From Escherichia coli (GTDB taxonomy: Bacteria > Pseudomonadota > Gammaproteobacteria > Enterobacterales > Enterobacteriaceae): 64,000 bases of DNA. Below, one piece after another: positions 1 to 11,260 of this stretch. How positions within the stretch are numbered: position 1 is the stretch's first letter; every line of letters starts with the position of its first letter. Location: the NCBI RefSeq assembly GCF_048403405.1, contig NZ_CP183129.1; one strand, 5' to 3'. The notes under the pieces were generated by a model that did not search any database, was not told the DNA's origin, and worked only from the letters and a program-made list of their open reading frames with translations. The position numbers and the translations under genes were made by a program.

Positions 1-615
1 CTGTATGACACGCCGCTTTCCGGGGTTAACCGCCTGCTAAAACGTGCGGAAGATATTGTGCTGGCGACGCTTATTCTGCTGCTGATCTCCCCGGTGCTGT
101 GCTGTATTGCGCTGGCGGTAAAACTCAGTTCACCAGGACCGGTTATTTTCCGCCAGACTCGCTATGGCATGGATGGCAAACCGATCAAAGTGTGGAAGTT
201 CCGTTCCATGAAAGTGATGGAGAACGACAAAGTGGTGACTCAGGCGACGCAGAACGATCCGCGCGTCACCAAAGTGGGGAACTTTCTGCGCCGCACCTCG
301 CTGGATGAATTGCCGCAGTTTATCAATGTGCTGACCGGGGGGATGTCGATTGTCGGTCCACGTCCGCACGCTGTAGCGCATAACGAACAGTATCGCCAGC
401 TCATTGAAGGCTACATGCTGCGCCATAAGGTGAAACCGGGCATTACCGGGTGGGCGCAGATTAACGGCTGGCGCGGCGAAACCGACACACTGGAGAAAAT
501 GGAAAAACGCGTCGAGTTCGACCTTGAGTACATCCGCGAATGGAGCGTCTGGTTCGATATCAAAATCGTTTTCCTGACGGTATTCAAAGGCTTCGTTAAC
601 AAAGCGGCATATTGA
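1..615 (+). CDS. wcaJ: Undecaprenyl-phosphate glucose phosphotransferase WcaJ, C-terminal part (5' end outside window)
   Basis: Frame of ORF 58..615 is open to window start; bacterial sugar-transferase C-terminal domain (PRPHAV, GWAQINGWRGET); followed by wzxC as in the colanic-acid cluster. Confidence 0.85.
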   Translation: MYDTPLSGVNRLLKRAEDIVLATLILLLISPVLCCIALAVKLSSPGPVIFRQTRYGMDGKPIKVWKFRSMKVMENDKVVTQATQNDPRVTKVGNFLRRTSLDELPQFINVLTGGMSIVGPRPHAVAHNEQYRQLIEGYMLRHKVKPGITGWAQINGWRGETDTLEKMEKRVEFDLEYIREWSVWFDIKIVFLTVFKGFVNKAAY

Positions 616-616
616 T

Positions 617-2095
617 ATGAGCTTACGTGAAAAAACCATCAGCGGCGCGAAGTGGTCGGCGATTGCTACGGTGATCATCATCGGCCTCGGGCTGGTGCAG
701 ATGACCGTGCTGGCGCGCATTATCGACAACCACCAGTTCGGTTTGCTTACCGTGTCGCTGGTGATCATCGCGCTGGCAGATACGCTTTCTGACTTCGGTA
801 TCGCTAACTCGATTATTCAGCGAAAAGAAATCAGCCACCTGGAACTCACCACGCTGTACTGGCTGAACGTCGGGCTGGGGCTTGTGGTGTGCGTGGCGGT
901 GTTTTTGTTGAGTGATGCCATTGGCGACGTGCTGAATAACCCGGACCTGGCACCGTTGATTAAAACATTGTCGCTGGCGTTTGTGGTGATCCCCCACGGG
1001 CAACAGTTCCGCGCGTTGATGCAGAAGGAGCTGGAGTTCAACAAAATCGGCATGATCGAAACCAGCGCGGTGCTGGCGGGCTTCACTTTTACAGTGGTTA
1101 GCGCCCATTTCTGGCCGCTGGCGATGACCGCGATCCTCGGTTATCTGGTCAATAGTGCGGTGAGAACGCTGCTATTTGGCTACTTTGGCCGGAAAATTTA
1201 TCGCCCCGGTCTGCATTTCTCGCTGGCGTCTGTTGCGCCGAACTTACGCTTTGGTGCCTGGCTGACGGCGGACAGCATCATCAACTATCTCAATACCAAC
1301 CTTTCAACGCTGGTGCTGGCGCGTATTCTCGGCGCGGGCGTGGCAGGGGGATACAACCTGGCGTACAACGTGGCCGTTGTGCCGCCGATGAAGCTGAACC
1401 CGATCATCACCCGTGTGTTGTTTCCGGCATTCGCCAAAATTCAGGACGATACCGAAAAGCTGCGCGTCAACTTCTACAAGCTGCTGTCGGTGGTGGGGAT
1501 TATCAACTTTCCGGCGCTGCTCGGGCTGATGGTGGTGTCAAATAACTTTGTACCGCTGGTATTTGGCGAAAAGTGGAACAGCATTATTCCGGTGCTGCAA
1601 TTGCTGTGTGTGGTGGGTCTGCTGCGCTCCGTAGGTAACCCGATTGGTTCGCTGCTGATGGCGAAAGCGCGGGTCGATATCAGCTTTAAATTCAACGTAT
1701 TCAAAACATTTCTGTTTATTCCGGCGATTGTTATTGGTGGGCAGATGGCGGGCGCAATCGGCGTCACGCTCGGTTTCCTGCTGGTGCAGATTATCAACAC
1801 CATTCTGAGTTACTTCGTGATGATTAAACCGGTTCTTGGTTCCAGTTATCGCCAGTACATCCTGAGTTTGTGGCTGCCGTTTTATCTCTCGCTGCCGACG
1901 CTGGTGGTCAGTTATGCACTGGGCATTGTGCTGAAAGGGCAACTGGCGCTGGGGATGCTGCTGGCGGTGCAAATAGCCGCGGGCGTGCTGGCGTTTGTGG
2001 TGATGATTGTGCTGTCGCGCCATTCGTTGGTGGTGGAAGTGAAGCGTCAGTTTTGTCGCAGCGAAAAAATGAAAATGCTTTTACGGGCGGGGTGA
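617..2095 (+). CDS. wzxC: Colanic acid repeat-unit flippase (Wzx family)
   Basis: 492-aa polytopic membrane protein; position between wcaJ and wcaK; recalled WzxC sequence. Confidence 0.85.
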   Translation: MSLREKTISGAKWSAIATVIIIGLGLVQMTVLARIIDNHQFGLLTVSLVIIALADTLSDFGIANSIIQRKEISHLELTTLYWLNVGLGLVVCVAVFLLSDAIGDVLNNPDLAPLIKTLSLAFVVIPHGQQFRALMQKELEFNKIGMIETSAVLAGFTFTVVSAHFWPLAMTAILGYLVNSAVRTLLFGYFGRKIYRPGLHFSLASVAPNLRFGAWLTADSIINYLNTNLSTLVLARILGAGVAGGYNLAYNVAVVPPMKLNPIITRVLFPAFAKIQDDTEKLRVNFYKLLSVVGIINFPALLGLMVVSNNFVPLVFGEKWNSIIPVLQLLCVVGLLRSVGNPIGSLLMAKARVDISFKFNVFKTFLFIPAIVIGGQMAGAIGVTLGFLLVQIINTILSYFVMIKPVLGSSYRQYILSLWLPFYLSLPTLVVSYALGIVLKGQLALGMLLAVQIAAGVLAFVVMIVLSRHSLVVEVKRQFCRSEKMKMLLRAG

Positions 2096-2166
2096 ATGGT
2101 TGTTTTAGGCTCCGGCAATAAAAACAACAACATAACCTCACCTGGCACCAAATTTATGAGGAAAAA

Positions 2167-3447
2167 ATGAAATTACTTATTCTGGGCAACCACACTTGCG
2201 GCAATCGTGGCGACAGCGCCATCTTGCGCGGCTTACTTGATGCCATCAACATCCTCAATCCACATGCCGAAGTGGACGTGATGAGCCGCTATCCGGTCAG
2301 TTCTTCCTGGCTGCTCAACCGCCCGGTAATGGGCGATCCGCTGTTCCTGCAAATGAAACAACACAACAGCGCGGCGGGCGTTGTCGGGCGCGTTAAAAAA
2401 GTCCTCCGTCGCCGCTATCAGCACCAGGTATTGCTCTCACGCGTCACCGACACTGGCAAGCTGCGTAATATCGCCATCGCCCAGGGATTCACCGACTTCG
2501 TGCGCCTGCTGTCAGGTTACGACGCCATTATTCAGGTCGGCGGATCGTTTTTTGTCGATCTCTATGGCGTTCCGCAGTTTGAACATGCGCTTTGCACTTT
2601 CATGGCGAAAAAGCCGCTGTTTATGATTGGTCACAGCGTCGGCCCGTTCCAGGATGAGCAATTTAACCAACTGGCGAACTACGTTTTTGGTCACTGTGAC
2701 GCGCTGATCCTGCGCGAATCGGTCAGCCTTGATTTGATGAAACGCAGCAATATCACCACCGCAAAAGTGGAACATGGCGTCGATACCGCGTGGCTGGTCG
2801 ATCACCACACAGAAGACTTCACCGCCAGCTATGCCGTTCAACATTGGCTGGACGTTGCCGCACAACAGAAAACGGTGGCAATTACCCTGCGCGAACTGGC
2901 ACCGTTCGACAAACGTCTCGGCACCACTCAACAAGCGTATGAAAAAGCCTTTGCCGGGGTGGTCAATCGCATTCTCGACGAAGGCTATCAGGTTATTGCG
3001 CTCTCCACCTGTACGGGCATCGACAGCTATAACAAAGACGACCGCATGGTGGCGCTCAACCTGCGCCAGCACATCAGCGATCCTGCCCGTTACCACGTGG
3101 TGATGGATGAACTCAACGATCTGGAAATGGGCAAAATTCTCGGTGCCTGTGAACTCACCGTCGGTACGCGCCTGCACTCAGCCATTATCTCAATGAACTT
3201 TGCTACTCCGGCGATTGCCATCAACTATGAACATAAATCCGCCGGGATTATGCAACAACTGGGGCTACCAGAGATGGCAATTGATATCCGTCATTTACTG
3301 GACGGCAGCCTGCAAGCGATGGTTGCGGATACCTTAGGCCAGCTTCCGGCGCTGAACGCACGACTTAACGAAGCTGTCAGTCGTGAGCGTCATACAGGAA
3401 TGCAGATGGTGCAATCTGTGCTTGAACGCATCGGGGAGGTGAAATGA
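2167..3447 (+). CDS. wcaK: Colanic acid pyruvyl transferase
   Basis: 426 aa; recalled WcaK sequence and gene order. Confidence 0.85.
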   Translation: MKLLILGNHTCGNRGDSAILRGLLDAINILNPHAEVDVMSRYPVSSSWLLNRPVMGDPLFLQMKQHNSAAGVVGRVKKVLRRRYQHQVLLSRVTDTGKLRNIAIAQGFTDFVRLLSGYDAIIQVGGSFFVDLYGVPQFEHALCTFMAKKPLFMIGHSVGPFQDEQFNQLANYVFGHCDALILRESVSLDLMKRSNITTAKVEHGVDTAWLVDHHTEDFTASYAVQHWLDVAAQQKTVAITLRELAPFDKRLGTTQQAYEKAFAGVVNRILDEGYQVIALSTCTGIDSYNKDDRMVALNLRQHISDPARYHVVMDELNDLEMGKILGACELTVGTRLHSAIISMNFATPAIAINYEHKSAGIMQQLGLPEMAIDIRHLLDGSLQAMVADTLGQLPALNARLNEAVSRERHTGMQMVQSVLERIGEVK

Positions 3448-4664
3448 AGGTCGGCTTCTTTTTACTGAAATTTCCGCTGTCGTCGGAAACCTTCGTCCTC
3501 AATCAAATTACCGCGTTTATTGATATGGGCTTTGAGGTGGAGATTGTCGCGCTGCAAAAAGGCGACACCCAGAACACCCACGCGGCATGGACGAAATACA
3601 ACCTTGCTGCCAGAACCCGCTGGTTACAGGACGAACCTACGGGCAAAGTGGCGAAACTGCGCCACCGCGCCAGCCAGACGTTACGCGGCATTCATCGTAA
3701 AAATACCTGGCAGGCGCTCAACCTCAAACGCTATGGCGCCGAGTCGCGGAACCTGATTTTGTCTGCCATTTGTGGTCAGGTCGCAACACCGTTTCGCGCC
3801 GATGTGTTCATCGCTCATTTTGGCCCTGCGGGGGTAACCGCAGCAAAACTACGCGAACTGGGTGTCATTCGCGGCAAAATTGCCACTATCTTCCACGGTA
3901 TTGATATCTCCAGTCGGGACGTGCTCAACCACTACACTCCCGAATATCAACAACTGTTTCGCCGTGGCGACCTGATGTTACCGATAAGCGATTTGTGGGC
4001 CGGAAGGCTGCAAAAAATGGGCTGTCCGAGGGAAAAAATCGCCGTATCGCGTATGGGCGTGGACATGACGCGCTTTAGCCCGCGTCCGGTGAAAGCGCCC
4101 GCAACGCCGCTGGAAATCATCTCCGTCGCACGCTTAACCGAGAAAAAAGGCCTGCATGTGGCGATCGAAGCCTGCCGGCAGTTGAAAGAGCAGGGCGTGG
4201 CATTTCGCTATCGCATCCTCGGCATTGGCCCGTGGGAACGACGCCTGCGCACGCTCATCGAACAATATCAACTGGAAGATGTGGTAGAGATGCCGGGCTT
4301 TAAACCGAGCCATGAAGTGAAAGCGATGCTCGACGACGCGGATGTCTTCCTGTTGCCATCGATAACGGGTGCGGATGGCGATATGGAAGGTATTCCGGTG
4401 GCGCTAATGGAAGCGATGGCGGTCGGCATTCCGGTTGTTTCAACTCTGCATAGCGGAATACCAGAACTGGTGGAGGCCGATAAATCCGGCTGGCTGGTGC
4501 CTGAGAACGATGCTCGCGCACTGGCGCAACGACTGGCGGCGTTTAGCCAACTGAACACCGACGAACTGGCTCCGGTCGTCAAACGTGCGCGCGAAAAAGT
4601 CGAACACGATTTTAACCAGCAGGTGATTAATCGAGAACTCGCCAGCTTGCTGCAGGCTTTATAG
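3444..4664 (+). CDS. wcaL: Colanic acid glycosyltransferase (GT4 family)
   Basis: 406 aa; 4-bp overlap with wcaK; GT4 EX7E-like region ([20 protein letters not shown]). Confidence 0.85.
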   Translation: MKVGFFLLKFPLSSETFVLNQITAFIDMGFEVEIVALQKGDTQNTHAAWTKYNLAARTRWLQDEPTGKVAKLRHRASQTLRGIHRKNTWQALNLKRYGAESRNLILSAICGQVATPFRADVFIAHFGPAGVTAAKLRELGVIRGKIATIFHGIDISSRDVLNHYTPEYQQLFRRGDLMLPISDLWAGRLQKMGCPREKIAVSRMGVDMTRFSPRPVKAPATPLEIISVARLTEKKGLHVAIEACRQLKEQGVAFRYRILGIGPWERRLRTLIEQYQLEDVVEMPGFKPSHEVKAMLDDADVFLLPSITGADGDMEGIPVALMEAMAVGIPVVSTLHSGIPELVEADKSGWLVPENDARALAQRLAAFSQLNTDELAPVVKRAREKVEHDFNQQVINRELASLLQAL

Positions 4665-4674
4665 AGGAGAACGT

Positions 4675-6069
4675 ATGCCATTTAAAAAACTCTCCCGACG
4701 CACCTTCCTGACGGCAAGCTCCGCGCTTGCCTTCCTCCATACCCCTTTCGCCCGTGCACTTCCCGCCCGACAAAGCGTTAACATTAACGACTACAACCCA
4801 CACGACTGGATCGCCTCATTTAAACAAGCCTTCGGCGAAGGGCAAACGGTCGTCGTGCCTGCCGGATTGGTTTGCGACAATATCAACACCGGCATCTTCA
4901 TTCCTGCAGGTAAAACGTTACACATCCTTGGAAGCCTGCGCGGCAACGGCAGAGGGCGATTTGTCTTACAGGACAGCAGCCAGGTGACAGGGGAGGAGGG
5001 TGGCAGTATGCATAACATCACCCTGGATGTGCGTGGCTCTGACTGCACCATCAAAGGGCTGACGATGAGCGGCTTTGGTCCGGTAACGCAGATTTATATC
5101 GGCGGCAAAAACAAACGAGTAATGCGTAACCTCTCCATCGATAACCTGACCGTTAGCCACGCTAATTACGCCATCTTACGCCAGGGATTTCATAACCAGA
5201 TTATCGGTGCCAACATCACCAACTGTAAATTTAGTGATTTACAGGGCGACGCCATTGAATGGAACGTGGCGATTAACGACCGTGATATTTTGATATCTGA
5301 CCATGTCATCGAGCGCATCAACTGTACCAACGGCAAAATCAACTGGGGTATCGGCATAGGCCTTGCGGGAAGTACCTACGATAATAACTACCCGGAAGAC
5401 CAGGCAGTGAAAAACTTTGTCGTGGCGAATATCACGGGATCGGATTGTCGGCAGTTGATCCATGTTGAAAATGGTAAACATTTTGTTATTCGTAATATCA
5501 AAGCCCGCAATATCACGCCGGATTTCAGCAAGAAAGCAGGCATTGATAACGCGACAGTTGCTATTTACGGTTGTGACAATTTCGTGATTGATAATATTGA
5601 AATGATTAATAGCGCTGGGATGTTAATCGGCTATGGGGTAATTAAAGGCAAATATCTCTCAATACCGCAAAATTTCCGAGTGAATAATATTCAAATGGAT
5701 AACACCCATCTTGCTTATAAATTGCGCGGTATCCAAATCTCTGCCGGGAATGCTGTCTCCTTTGTGGCGCTGACTAACATTGAGATGAAGCGTGCGTCGC
5801 TGGAGTTACACAACAAACCGCAACATCTTTTTATGCGAAATATCAAGGTGATGCAGGAATCCTCAGTTGGACCCGCATTGAGCATGAACTTCGACATGCG
5901 CAAAGACGTTCGCGGCGTCTTTATGGCGAAAAAAGAAACACTGCTGTCACTTGCAAATGTTCATGCGGTGAATGAAAAAGGGCAAAGCTCCGTCGATATC
6001 GACAGAGTTAATCACCACATTGTTAATGTGGAAAAGATTAACTTTAGATTGCCAGAACGGAGGGAGTAG
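4675..6069 (+). CDS. wcaM: Colanic acid biosynthesis protein WcaM (signal peptide, beta-helix-like)
   Basis: 464 aa; N-terminal Tat-like signal ([13 protein letters not shown]); last gene of wca cluster by synteny. Confidence 0.8.
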   Translation: MPFKKLSRRTFLTASSALAFLHTPFARALPARQSVNINDYNPHDWIASFKQAFGEGQTVVVPAGLVCDNINTGIFIPAGKTLHILGSLRGNGRGRFVLQDSSQVTGEEGGSMHNITLDVRGSDCTIKGLTMSGFGPVTQIYIGGKNKRVMRNLSIDNLTVSHANYAILRQGFHNQIIGANITNCKFSDLQGDAIEWNVAINDRDILISDHVIERINCTNGKINWGIGIGLAGSTYDNNYPEDQAVKNFVVANITGSDCRQLIHVENGKHFVIRNIKARNITPDFSKKAGIDNATVAIYGCDNFVIDNIEMINSAGMLIGYGVIKGKYLSIPQNFRVNNIQMDNTHLAYKLRGIQISAGNAVSFVALTNIEMKRASLELHNKPQHLFMRNIKVMQESSVGPALSMNFDMRKDVRGVFMAKKETLLSLANVHAVNEKGQSSVDIDRVNHHIVNVEKINFRLPERRE

Positions 6070-6226
6070 ATTTGCGACCATTCATAAACTTACTGGATAT
6101 AATGTTCTAAAAGATTATAATCCTCACACTAACTGTTAAAGCTGGGGCTGGGCAGCATTGACTACTCAGGGAAGGTACTCATCTTTATCTTGTGTTTCTT
6201 ACGTAACAACCAGACTAAAGTGATTT

Positions 6227-7222
6227 ATGAACGATAACGTTTTGCTCATAGGAGCTTCCGGATTCGTAGGAACCCGACTACTTGAAACGGCAATTGCTGA
6301 CTTTAATATCAAGAACCTGGACAAACAGCAGAGCCACTTTTATCCAGAAATCACACAGATTGGCGATGTTCGTGATCAACAGGCACTCGACCAGGCGTTA
6401 GCCGGTTTTGACACTGTTGTACTACTGGCAGCGGAACACCGCGATGACGTCAGCCCTACTTCTCTCTATTATGATGTCAACGTTCAGGGTACCCGCAATG
6501 TGCTGGCGGCCATGGAAAAAAATGGCGTTAAAAATATCATCTTTACCAGTTCCGTTGCTGTTTATGGTTTGAACAAACACAACCCTGACGAAAACCATCC
6601 ACACGATCCTTTCAACCACTACGGCAAAAGTAAGTGGCAGGCAGAGGAAGTGCTGCGTGAATGGTATAACAAAGCACCAACAGAACGTTCATTAACTATC
6701 ATCCGTCCTACCGTTATCTTCGGTGAACGCAACCGCGGTAACGTCTATAACTTGCTGAAACAGATCGCTGGCGGCAAGTTTATGATGGTGGGCGCAGGGA
6801 CTAACTATAAGTCCATGGCTTATGTTGGAAACATTGTTGAGTTTATCAAGTACAAACTGAAGAATGTTGCCGCAGGTTATGAGGTTTATAACTACGTTGA
6901 TAAGCCAGACCTGAACATGAACCAGTTGGTTGCTGAAGTTGAACAAAGCCTGAACAAAAAGATCCCTTCTATGCACTTGCCTTACCCACTAGGAATGCTG
7001 GGTGGATATTGCTTTGATATCCTGAGCAAAATTACGGGCAAAAAATACGCTGTCAGCTCAGTGCGCGTGAAAAAATTCTGCGCAACAACACAGTTTGACG
7101 CAACGAAAGTGCATTCTTCAGGTTTTGTGGCACCGTATACGCTGTCGCAAGGTCTGGATCGAACACTGCAGTATGAATTCGTTCATGCCAAAAAAGACGA
7201 CATAACGTTTGTTTCTGAGTAA
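6227..7222 (+). CDS. gne: UDP-N-acetylglucosamine 4-epimerase (SDR family)
   Basis: 331 aa; Rossmann GASGFVG and catalytic YGKSK motifs; sits between wcaM and galF as gne does in O157/O55-type loci. Confidence 0.75.
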   Translation: MNDNVLLIGASGFVGTRLLETAIADFNIKNLDKQQSHFYPEITQIGDVRDQQALDQALAGFDTVVLLAAEHRDDVSPTSLYYDVNVQGTRNVLAAMEKNGVKNIIFTSSVAVYGLNKHNPDENHPHDPFNHYGKSKWQAEEVLREWYNKAPTERSLTIIRPTVIFGERNRGNVYNLLKQIAGGKFMMVGAGTNYKSMAYVGNIVEFIKYKLKNVAAGYEVYNYVDKPDLNMNQLVAEVEQSLNKKIPSMHLPYPLGMLGGYCFDILSKITGKKYAVSSVRVKKFCATTQFDATKVHSSGFVAPYTLSQGLDRTLQYEFVHAKKDDITFVSE

Positions 7223-7464
7223 TGCAGACGAGTCAGAGAAATAAGGACCAGGTTGGACTACGATTATTCGGAAAGAGGTACTGATTAAATTATCAGTATG
7301 CGGAATTCCGAGTAATCCGAGTAACCCAGATGCTGATGGTGTGTAGTGTTATTCTAAGGTTTAAGCAAAGTTATGCGGAACTAAGCTTTGGTATATAGCC
7401 ATAACGTTTGGCTAACCTATGGCAATAATTTACGCACTATCAGCCACTTAGAGGTAGGAAAAGA

Positions 7465-8358
7465 ATGACGAATTTAAAAGCAGTTATACCGGTAGCAGGT
7501 CTTGGGATGCATATGTTGCCTGCCACTAAGGCGATTCCCAAAGAGATGCTACCGATCGTCGACAAGCCAATGATTCAGTACATTGTTGACGAGATTGTGG
7601 CTGCAGGGATCAAAGAAATCCTCCTGGTAACTCACGCGTCCAAGAACGCAGTCGAAAACCACTTCGACACCTCTTATGAATTAGAATCTCTCCTTGAACA
7701 GCGCGTGAAGCGTCAACTGCTGGCGGAAGTACAGTCTATCTGTCCGCCGGGCGTGACCATTATGAACGTGCGTCAGGGCGAACCTTTAGGTTTAGGCCAC
7801 TCCATTTTGTGTGCACGACCCGCCATTGGTGACAACCCATTTGTCGTGGTATTGCCGGACGTTGTGATCGACGACGCCAGTGCCGACCCGCTGCGCTACA
7901 ACCTTGCTGCCATGATTGCACGTTTCAACGAAACGGGCCGCAGCCAGGTGCTGGCAAAACGTATGCCGGGTGACCTCTCTGAATACTCCGTCATTCAGAC
8001 TAAAGAGCCGCTGGATCGTGAAGGTAAAGTCAGCCGTATTGTTGAATTCATAGAAAAGCCGGATCAGCCGCAGACGCTGGACTCAGACATCATGGCCGTT
8101 GGTCGATATGTGCTTTCTGCCGATATTTGGCCGGAACTTGAACGCACTCAGCCTGGTGCATGGGGGCGTATTCAGCTGACTGATGCCATTGCCGAACTGG
8201 CGAAAAAACAGTCCGTTGATGCCATGCTGATGACTGGTGACAGCTATGACTGCGGTAAAAAAATGGGTTATATGCAGGCGTTTGTGAAGTATGGACTGCG
8301 CAACCTCAAAGAAGGGGCGAAGTTCCGCAAAGGCATTGAGAAACTGTTAAGCGAATAA
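7465..8358 (+). CDS. galF: UTP-glucose-1-phosphate uridylyltransferase subunit GalF
   Basis: 297 aa; recalled GalF sequence ([34 protein letters not shown]); 5' flank of O-antigen cluster. Confidence 0.9.
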   Translation: MTNLKAVIPVAGLGMHMLPATKAIPKEMLPIVDKPMIQYIVDEIVAAGIKEILLVTHASKNAVENHFDTSYELESLLEQRVKRQLLAEVQSICPPGVTIMNVRQGEPLGLGHSILCARPAIGDNPFVVVLPDVVIDDASADPLRYNLAAMIARFNETGRSQVLAKRMPGDLSEYSVIQTKEPLDREGKVSRIVEFIEKPDQPQTLDSDIMAVGRYVLSADIWPELERTQPGAWGRIQLTDAIAELAKKQSVDAMLMTGDSYDCGKKMGYMQAFVKYGLRNLKEGAKFRKGIEKLLSE

Positions 8359-8618
8359 TGAAAATCTGACCGAATGTGACGGTTGGCAAGGAAACTATAA
8401 CAGCAGTGAAGATTCGTGGCGAAAGTAATTTGTTGCGAATATTCCTGCCGTTATTTTGTATAAACAATCAGAATAACAAATAGTTAGCAATAGGCTTTTC
8501 GTCAAAGTTTTCCTGGATTTTCCTTGTTTCCAGAACGGATTGGTAAGACAATTAGCGTTTGAGTTTCGAGGGAGATGCAGCAATGTCTCTCAGTAACAGT
8601 ACGCAATATCAATGAGTT

Positions 8619-8657
8619 CAGTGCACTGGTAGCTGTTAAGCCAGGGGCGGTAGCGTG
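8619..8657 (+). promoter_or_regulatory. JUMPstart element with ops site (GGCGGTAGC), RfaH-dependent antitermination signal
   Basis: Sequence cagtgcactggtagctgttaagccaggggcggtagcgtg between galF and first O-antigen gene; ops core GGCGGTAGC visible. Confidence 0.6.
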
Positions 8658-8667
8658 GATTGATGGA

Positions 8668-9489
8668 ATGAAAAATAAGTGCCCACGAATTGCAGTAATA
8701 ATGTCGGTTTATATTAATGATAAATTTAATGAGTTTAAAGAGGCTTTTGACAGTATTATTAATCAAACATACTCTAACTTTGTTTTCTTTATTTATGCCG
8801 ATGGCAAGATAAATCCAGATATTGAAAGTTTTTTGCAAAATTATAATTCGCAACATGTGATTTTCATTAGAAGTGAAAAAAATAAGGGATTAGCTTATGC
8901 TTTGAATAAATTAATATCAGTGGCGCTAGTTAATAATGAATTTGATTTTATTGCCAGAATGGATGCTGATGATATAAGTTTAGAAGATAGATTTCAACGA
9001 CAAATAGATTTTTTTATGGCTAACCCTGAGTTAGATGTTGTTGGTGGGTTGTGTCAAGAGTTTGGTGGTGAGTCAGCAAGAGAAAAATGCAAGATCTATT
9101 TTACAGATGAAGCCATTAAAAACAATGCCTTTAAAAAATGTCCTTTCGTTCATCCAACCGTGATGTTTAAATCGTCTGTATTTAATAACGGGATGCGATA
9201 CCCTGAAAATCAGCCACTGACAGAAGATATGTGCTTATGGCTCGAGTTAATATCCGCGAATAAAAAGTTTGCAAATATTGACTCCGTTCTTCTAAAGTAC
9301 AGAATTAATGAGCAGACGCTAAAAAGAAGAAGAGGTTTGAATAAGGCTGTAACCGAATTATCCACAAGATTGTATTACGCCAAGAAACTTAAAATGCTTA
9401 GCGTACGGAATTTGTTATATATATTAATCCATTTTGGTGTCAGAGTCCTTTCTTCAAATATATTTAAACTTGTACATAAGTTAAATTAA
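8668..9489 (+). CDS. Glycosyltransferase family 2 (O-antigen cluster)
   Basis: ORF 8575..9489 trimmed to first ATG after JUMPstart; GT2-like N-terminus (IAVIMSVYIN, DxD-like MDADD); low GC. Confidence 0.6.
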   Translation: MKNKCPRIAVIMSVYINDKFNEFKEAFDSIINQTYSNFVFFIYADGKINPDIESFLQNYNSQHVIFIRSEKNKGLAYALNKLISVALVNNEFDFIARMDADDISLEDRFQRQIDFFMANPELDVVGGLCQEFGGESAREKCKIYFTDEAIKNNAFKKCPFVHPTVMFKSSVFNNGMRYPENQPLTEDMCLWLELISANKKFANIDSVLLKYRINEQTLKRRRGLNKAVTELSTRLYYAKKLKMLSVRNLLYILIHFGVRVLSSNIFKLVHKLN

Positions 9490-9490
9490 A

Positions 9491-11257
9491 ATGAATAAAA
9501 CTGTTTATACATATGATGTATGGGATACTATTTTAAAACGTCATTGTTTACCATCATATACGTTAGAGGTTTCGTTGTACTGGCTACTTTTGTATCTTGG
9601 AAAACCTGAGAAACATAAGGATGTGTATAAAAAAGTAAAAGCACTGGAGAGTGATTTTTTTAATCGAAAAGAAGAATATTTTATTGAAGAGCTTATTGTT
9701 GGGATATTAATTGAAAATAATTTAATGAATGGATTTTGCAATAACTCTGTGACTGCTGCTTGGGAACAAATATATTATTTCGTAGAGAGAAATTGTACAT
9801 ATAAAAATAAAGAGGTTATAGAGTTAATTGGGAGTGACTATGGGGACAAATTATTTATTTCTGATTTTTATACTGACTCCAGTTTCATAAAGAAATTGCT
9901 ACACCACCACCAAGTATCGGTTTTAGATGGTGTGACGTCAGCTGAGTATGGCGTCAGTAAGCATATGGGTTCATTGTATGAAAAAATAGAACTATTGAAG
10001 CAAAGGAAATGGATCCATACTGGAGATAATGAATTAGCTGATATAAAAATGGCAAAGCGTGCAGGTGCCCAAGTTAGACTTATAAAATCCAAAAAGAAGA
10101 AAATAAATAAGTTAAAAATAAAAAATGACTATGAGCGGTTAGCATTTATTATTTTGTCCTTTAGCCTGTTTATATTAAAAACTTCCAGAAAGAAAAAGTG
10201 CAATAAGATCTACTTTTTTACAAGGGAGGGGGTTTTTTTCAAAAAAAACTTTGATCTTCTACTAAACCAAATACCTAACATATTCCCATCTATAACTACG
10301 GAAATATTGCCAATCAGTCGAGTAGCCAGCTTAGCATTGAAGTTTAATGAGTCTGATGAATTTTTAGGATTTAATGATGCATTAACCCAGTATGGCTATG
10401 GAGTGTCTACGTTTCTTAGTTTCTTTCATCTTGATGATTGTTACTCCGAGCTCACAACAAAGTATCATGATGTAAATGATTTATTATCTCACAGAAATGA
10501 TCCTTTGGTAAAACAACTAATAAAAAGTATAGAGGATAAAAAAAAACGAACAGAAAATTTTCTTACATCCATTGAGTTCGATTCTGAGCCAAGTATCATC
10601 GTGGATATTGGTTGGCGGGGTAGCATCCAAGATAATTTAATGTCGCGGAAAAATAATTATATTCAACATGGATGTTATCTCGGATTGTTTGATTTTTACC
10701 CAGGCCAGTCAGGTCAGAATAAATCATCTGTAATTTTTGATAACAACAGATTTAGACAAAAATGGACCATGAAAGGTGTAGCTTTTATGGAGACGGTTTT
10801 CAATGCTTTGGACGGAAGTGTTGTCGATTATGTAAACAATAAACCGAAAAGAAAAGAAAATTACGCTGAGATAGAAAATTCAAAACATTTAATAGTTATG
10901 CAAGATGCTATCATTGAGGAATTTATGAATCTATCTATTATGTTAAAAGAGGGAAAGTTAAATATCAATGATATTGAAAGATTAGCTATTGAAAGTTACA
11001 AAAAAATAGTAACTAACCCATCTAAAGAAATAGCTGATTTTTATGTTGGCAGTATCCAAAATGAAAGCTTCGGTTTGAATGATTTTATCGACAAAGAATT
11101 TAACATTAGCGCAGTAGATGTTTTCCGAAGTTTTTTTTCTAAAAGTAAAAGAAATGAAATAAGAATAAAATTGCATAGAAATGGATGGCGTGAGTCGATA
11201 CTTAAATCCTCTAAAGTATCGCTGAGCGCAAAATTATGTTCACTTTTAATTAGATAA
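9491..11257 (+). CDS. Hypothetical 588-aa O-antigen cluster protein with possible HAD-like N-terminal domain
   Basis: Long low-GC ORF tightly packed between two GT2 genes; tentative HAD motifs (YDVWDTIL, HTGDNELAD); no confident family assignment. Confidence 0.45.
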   Translation: MNKTVYTYDVWDTILKRHCLPSYTLEVSLYWLLLYLGKPEKHKDVYKKVKALESDFFNRKEEYFIEELIVGILIENNLMNGFCNNSVTAAWEQIYYFVERNCTYKNKEVIELIGSDYGDKLFISDFYTDSSFIKKLLHHHQVSVLDGVTSAEYGVSKHMGSLYEKIELLKQRKWIHTGDNELADIKMAKRAGAQVRLIKSKKKKINKLKIKNDYERLAFIILSFSLFILKTSRKKKCNKIYFFTREGVFFKKNFDLLLNQIPNIFPSITTEILPISRVASLALKFNESDEFLGFNDALTQYGYGVSTFLSFFHLDDCYSELTTKYHDVNDLLSHRNDPLVKQLIKSIEDKKKRTENFLTSIEFDSEPSIIVDIGWRGSIQDNLMSRKNNYIQHGCYLGLFDFYPGQSGQNKSSVIFDNNRFRQKWTMKGVAFMETVFNALDGSVVDYVNNKPKRKENYAEIENSKHLIVMQDAIIEEFMNLSIMLKEGKLNINDIERLAIESYKKIVTNPSKEIADFYVGSIQNESFGLNDFIDKEFNISAVDVFRSFFSKSKRNEIRIKLHRNGWRESILKSSKVSLSAKLCSLLIR

Positions 11258-11260
11258 AAT

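Noticed and set aside
130-768. 212-aa minus-strand ORF
   Set aside because: Antisense to wcaJ/wzxC; no RBS or motif support.
2512-3177. 221-aa minus-strand ORF
   Set aside because: Antisense to wcaK.
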